This document shows, piece by piece, positions 38,501 to 41,923 of a stretch of DNA of 41,923 nucleotides; the stretch's first letter is position 1; each line of letters begins with the position of its first letter. This DNA comes from a virus. Its lineage: Duplodnaviria; Caudoviricetes. A program made the position numbers and the translations under genes. The DNA lies in the IMG/VR virus record IMGVR_UViG_3300046318_000548, positions 1-41,923 of that record. One strand, 5' to 3'. The notes beneath the pieces were generated by a model that was given only the letters and a program-made list of their open reading frames with translations, was not told where the DNA came from and searched no databases.

Positions 38501-41500
38501 AATATTTACCGGTAGTAGAGAAGCAGGTACTTTCCATATTGCTACATCATCAATTGTTGCAACAAACATAACTGGTGGTTTGGTTGAATTTGGACAAACA
38601 TCATCTATGTTTGTTAGTGAATCTAGTGGATTAGTTCAATTAAGTGGTAGTATAGAATATCCATTTATTATTCACCCATACTACACTTCATCAATTTACA
38701 CACAAAGTTATACACAACAATATACTAAAGTAGTAGATGGACCTCCTGCAATTGATGTACAAATTGAACCATTGACCGTTACGTTTATTACTGATGAGAA
38801 TGGAACAATTACTGATTACACTCCTGCAAAAACAACGGTAAGAGTTAAAGAAGGAACTGATATTTTAACATATTCAAACTCAGCTTTACCGGGTACTTTT
38901 AATGTATCAGTATCTCCTCTAAATATTACACCTAGTGCAATTGGTGGATTAAATACACCATCCGCATCTATTACTTATAGTAATTTTAATTTCCCTAATG
39001 TTTCGGCATCAGTTGATTATAGTGTATTAGTGTATCCATACTCATTAGGAGCTGGACACAGATTTACTTCTTCATTATTTAGAAAAACACAAAATTTATA
39101 TAAGAATGTAACACCTGCGGCTGCTAGAACCGTTAAATTAACGGCAACATCACAAACATTAACTTATGATACGGATGGTGTTTTATTATCACCATTAGAC
39201 CCAATTATTTTAACTGCAAACGCATTGGGAACAACTGGTTCGGTGTACTTCCAATTCTTTAGAGATAACGATGATTATAGTGGTATAATACCTGAAGATT
39301 CACCAAACTCAAAGCAGGCGCAAGTTGAATTAGGAGCAGGTGATGTTCCAACAAGTGGTTTAACATCAACATTCAAAGTTGCTATTAGAGATGGTAGTAG
39401 TTCTACATCTGCACCAATTAAAGCAGAAGATTCATTAACTATTAGTGGTGTTAAAGATGGTTCAAATGCATACAATGTTTATTTAACAAATGAATCGGCA
39501 AATGCAATATATACAATTCAAGGAACATTAGATACATCCAATACAGCTACTCGAATTGTAGCAACAAAGGGTGGTGTTCCTCTAAATCATACGGCATCAT
39601 TTAGTCCTGCAACAAATGACCAATTAGGAAATCCAATTGGTTCGTTGGGAGAATATAGAGTTAGATTATTCTCATCATCATCAAATATAGTACCGGGTGA
39701 TGGTAAAAAGAAAAACGATGTATTGAATTCAACATTAGTAGATGGTAAATATCAGGCTTCAATTGGTAATTTGGCAGAATGGTATAATCCATCCGGTAGT
39801 TTAACTGCAAACATTGTTTATGAGATTGATATTGAGAATGGTAGACAAATACTTTACAAAACTCAATCATTGGGAATGTCTTTGGAAGGTAAGACTGGGC
39901 CAGGTATTGTATTTAGAGGAGTTTGGAGTGGTTCAATTGATTACAAATATGACCCAACAATTGCTAGAAGAGATGCAGTATTATATCCCGATACTAATGG
40001 TGCATACTACGCTGCTACATCAGGTAGTGGGCCAAACACTTACTTAAATTATACAACACACACTTATTACTCTGGTTCATATCCTCCACCGGCAGGTTAT
40101 TCTTTGACTCCAATTGGTGCTAAAGAACCGGGAGTTGATACTAACTATTGGCAGTATTTAGGTACGGAAGAATTCTTTGTGGCAGCTAAAATTGCTATCT
40201 TTGAAGAATCATTTATTAAGAATACACTTAACATTGGACTAAATGCAATAGGTGATGAAGCCAATATCATATTAACTGGTAAAACCAATAGACCTTATAT
40301 GGCTATGGGACAAAATAGTGGTTTGATAGGATATGGTAATCAGGGTATTTGGATGGGTATTTACACAACCGGACCAGGTACATATCAAACTAGATTATCA
40401 TTGGTAAATACCGGTGGTGATTATTTAAGATGGACTGGTACTAATTTGGAAATGAGTGGTTTACTCAATGCAGGTGGTATGAAGTTGGGTGCAAATGTAA
40501 ATGGGACTAGTGATGGTTTATATCTAAATGCAAACAACTATTGGTACGATACTGCAAATTTCAAAGTAGGAGATGGTACATCGTATGTTGAATGGAATGG
40601 TAGTACTCTAAATGTTAAAGGTAGTATTACTGTTACAGGCGGAGATGCCGCAACTCAAACATATGCACAAGGTGTTGCAAATACTGCACAATCAAATGCA
40701 GAAACTACTGCACAAACTGCTTTAACATTATTTAGTGGTTCGTTGGGTGCTATGGCTGCCATAAACTCAATTAACTCTGGTAACTCTACAACATATATTG
40801 GGGCTGGTACTATTGTCACAAATCAGGTTGCAACTAATTTAATTACATCTACAAATTATGCATACACCGCTGGTAATTTTGCCGATGCTGGTACATTTAT
40901 TGATTTATCAAATGGAAATATTCGCTCAACAGGATTTTCGGTTCAGGGTGGTAATTCATATTTTAGTGGTAATATATCTGCGACCTCTGGTACAATTGGT
41001 GGCTGGAATATTGGTGCTAATAGTATATCTAAAACAGTTGGTATTCGAACTACTACTTTAGATGCTACTACTGGATTTTTAACATTTGCCGGCGATGGTC
41101 AAGTAAAATTTACTGGAGATGGTCGAGTACAATTTGATGGAAGTGGTGGTATCCAAATGGATGCAACCAGTACGGGTATATTTATGTGTAGAGCACCCGG
41201 TCTATCAGGACCTACTCCGGGTAATCCTGCTATTGGTGGTGGGCACAGAATATATATATGTGGTAGTACTAGTGCCGTTATAGATTTGGATAATAATCAA
41301 ACGGGTGCTTGGGGACTTTATTCTCGCGGACCTATTGCATCAACTGGTAATATTTATGCATTTTATTCGGATGAAAGATTAAAAAACAAAATATCAAATA
41401 TACCAAATGCATTAGATAAAATACAAAAATTGAATGGATTTTACTATACTAACAATGATTTGGCAAAATCATTTGGATACGATGATGAAAAAATACAAAT

Positions 41501-41711
41501 AGGGGTTTCTGCACAAGAAGTTAAAGAAATTTTTCCTGAAATAGTTTCATTAGCACCATTTGATTCTAAATTTAACCCTGAAACTCGCGGTTTTATATCG
41601 AATAGTGGTGAAGACTATTTAACAATTGATTATTCTAAATTAGTACCTGTTTTAATTGAAGCAATAAAAGAATTGAAAGCTGAAATTGAAAAATTAAAAA
41701 AAAATAAATAA
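35568..41711 (+). CDS. Large tail fibre/host-recognition protein with C-terminal S74 intramolecular chaperone
   Basis: 2047 aa; repeated Ig-like beta domains with DG..G linkers; Gly-rich distal fibre (SGTIGGWNIG); autocleavage motif YSDERLK..I, IGVSAQEV, IDYSKLVPVLIEAIKEL and terminal coiled coil. Confidence 0.88.
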   Translation: MARIKKFAENLTQHLTDFQTYINDTNPNSDYFRISEFKETLTGGKNGFQIEGSEHLLESVEIKIEITDVEGNPIYYEPGDGVPEYYEGISKIVSVHIYEDTPIGEAKITILGELKTYVDENGIVRRVPPEWQGIYNVKWEKTFKVNRLLPNTDKVRLYKRPKVSITEVVKPLFSNVVTAITKTGNVQGIPLAPGENAKLSEFSLPSTYLLRIKDNTAWTGSIVGSTLTVGELGYSTVVDEVLNKTDIIVTTPYTEGGLVKSFDTGVYTSSFDYLEGLDNLKTALTGSFAKITLTDLTSFVGDVARVKVFRKSQSDVSDFQFVQEIQLESNELLVDLEAFTKNQENYGLFTTDIIKDYWVTSSNNLTATFNQSYLFESAKLDSATGVNSFFTTKSINITKDVEYTLDFNVRLDSAQISNNGYIRVYVSGSRTSIVNGVPTTIQVEQDILTLEAQNAILQKRNIVQNIQAEEISNARLYFDVKGTGWYINSVSFKASQETAFSPDEITFIQPVPRSLPVETFIYRFEFYDLNNNYIPILVEKSKTFNGGNLQTIRKELRLVPSSLYFQFDSGSQPVPPTVINIDVQKTLLTGSVNYTSQSIDFFGNILSSSDYPLGGYPGLLSDINTDSPFLTVASFTGSRSDVITQYLEITGEVEGFTDTIVISRVLDGFGGVNHIIRPFRGTTIRNSSTQSLEIQAIRIDGINEITLSSTSQPAKGWNNIQLHVLSGSKFVNLAYASSSGFVKGLSTGSLGSGEINYNATFNRDSIDSRVTVYLMPSGSNPSSASVLTSIVLEDLQDGLDSGFIQYSNDTFTINPRLESTFTPVSSSVTASFYKRGTTTNAASASLTIYPSMSLNVDYVPEYWMYYVTHSFDPTITILATDDNKKVVPSTLYNTFVGVPASQSKTLTLTFTYTEPYTSASINVDKTFTIVPEGKPGDESIIFEVTPAAVALNSNAKGIVLNYAPSATEVKLKQGSKYLIFTGSREAGTFHIATSSIVATNITGGLVEFGQTSSMFVSESSGLVQLSGSIEYPFIIHPYYTSSIYTQSYTQQYTKVVDGPPAIDVQIEPLTVTFITDENGTITDYTPAKTTVRVKEGTDILTYSNSALPGTFNVSVSPLNITPSAIGGLNTPSASITYSNFNFPNVSASVDYSVLVYPYSLGAGHRFTSSLFRKTQNLYKNVTPAAARTVKLTATSQTLTYDTDGVLLSPLDPIILTANALGTTGSVYFQFFRDNDDYSGIIPEDSPNSKQAQVELGAGDVPTSGLTSTFKVAIRDGSSSTSAPIKAEDSLTISGVKDGSNAYNVYLTNESANAIYTIQGTLDTSNTATRIVATKGGVPLNHTASFSPATNDQLGNPIGSLGEYRVRLFSSSSNIVPGDGKKKNDVLNSTLVDGKYQASIGNLAEWYNPSGSLTANIVYEIDIENGRQILYKTQSLGMSLEGKTGPGIVFRGVWSGSIDYKYDPTIARRDAVLYPDTNGAYYAATSGSGPNTYLNYTTHTYYSGSYPPPAGYSLTPIGAKEPGVDTNYWQYLGTEEFFVAAKIAIFEESFIKNTLNIGLNAIGDEANIILTGKTNRPYMAMGQNSGLIGYGNQGIWMGIYTTGPGTYQTRLSLVNTGGDYLRWTGTNLEMSGLLNAGGMKLGANVNGTSDGLYLNANNYWYDTANFKVGDGTSYVEWNGSTLNVKGSITVTGGDAATQTYAQGVANTAQSNAETTAQTALTLFSGSLGAMAAINSINSGNSTTYIGAGTIVTNQVATNLITSTNYAYTAGNFADAGTFIDLSNGNIRSTGFSVQGGNSYFSGNISATSGTIGGWNIGANSISKTVGIRTTTLDATTGFLTFAGDGQVKFTGDGRVQFDGSGGIQMDATSTGIFMCRAPGLSGPTPGNPAIGGGHRIYICGSTSAVIDLDNNQTGAWGLYSRGPIASTGNIYAFYSDERLKNKISNIPNALDKIQKLNGFYYTNNDLAKSFGYDDEKIQIGVSAQEVKEIFPEIVSLAPFDSKFNPETRGFISNSGEDYLTIDYSKLVPVLIEAIKELKAEIEKLKKNK

Positions 41712-41923
41712 TGGCGTTACCAGCATCAGGCGAATTAAATTTTAACTTATTCAATACCGATAGAGGAATCGCATCTGATACCGAAGTTAATATGGATACT
41801 GCTGCAATAGCATATGGAATTCCAACTAAACCACATGGAATGGATGAATTTTATGGAAAAAGTGCAGGTGGGTCACCTCCACCTCCACCAACCCCACCTC
41901 CACCGCCTCCGCCACCACCACCT
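41711..41923 (+). CDS. 3'-partial tail-fibre-associated protein with poly-Pro linker
   Basis: ATG overlaps the fibre stop. MALPASGELNFNLFNTDRGIASDTEVNMDTAAIAYGIPTKPHGMDEFYGKSAGGSPPPPPPTPPPPPPPPPP is open to the window end. The MALPASG...FYGKS start is of the type seen after S74 fibre genes. Confidence 0.7.
   Translation, partial: MALPASGELNFNLFNTDRGIASDTEVNMDTAAIAYGIPTKPHGMDEFYGKSAGGSPPPPPTPPPPPPPPPP

Noticed and set aside
1-41923. Stop-codon reassignment, as in some large Bacteroidota phages
   Set aside because: Genes are long and tightly packed in code 11; TAG (629, 14329) and TGA (4727, 31498) end genes at sensible boundaries.
1-41923. CRISPR array, tRNA/rRNA, integrase/att site, DGR or retron
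   Set aside because: No spaced repeats, cloverleafs, recombinase or reverse-transcriptase motifs seen; intergenic gaps are short.

Overview
An AT-rich, almost entirely + strand segment of a large tailed phage with a myovirus-type baseplate. The host is very likely a Bacteroidota species, judging from TTTG-N19-20-TAnnTTTG promoters, Gln at +1 of signal-peptidase-I substrates and a TonB-dependent receptor/lipoprotein pair. 1-9.3 kb is a host-envelope module: two small membrane proteins, a CsgG-like protein, a class-3 lipase, a TonB-dependent transporter with a surface lipoprotein, a low-complexity outer-membrane protein, a possible lysis accessory protein and an Ntn-hydrolase. 9.4-29.7 kb holds baseplate/tail morphogenesis genes, two peptidoglycan hydrolases (M15B/VanY-like and GH108-like) and a free-standing GIY-YIG endonuclease. 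29.9-34.6 kb has a GIY-YIG nuclease, a primase and a fused Mre11-Rad50 (SbcD-SbcC). 34.6-35.5 kb is a divergent two-gene unit (RHH regulator plus putative glycosyltransferase-like protein). 35.6 kb to the end is a 2047-aa tail fibre with an S74 chaperone and a partial downstream gene. ATATTTAT(A/T) recurs upstream of many genes and is a candidate phage late promoter. The best leads are (i) a phage-borne TonB-dependent transporter/lipoprotein uptake cassette with its own host-type, possibly Pho-like promoter, (ii) a pervasive [S/T]-[G/A/S]-S motif in virion proteins next to a glycosyltransferase-like gene, (iii) an Ntn-hydrolase with a 4-aa LxE propeptide, and (iv) an apparently split baseplate protein whose halves each carry a different muralytic enzyme. 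All assignments come from motif reading only; no searches were run.
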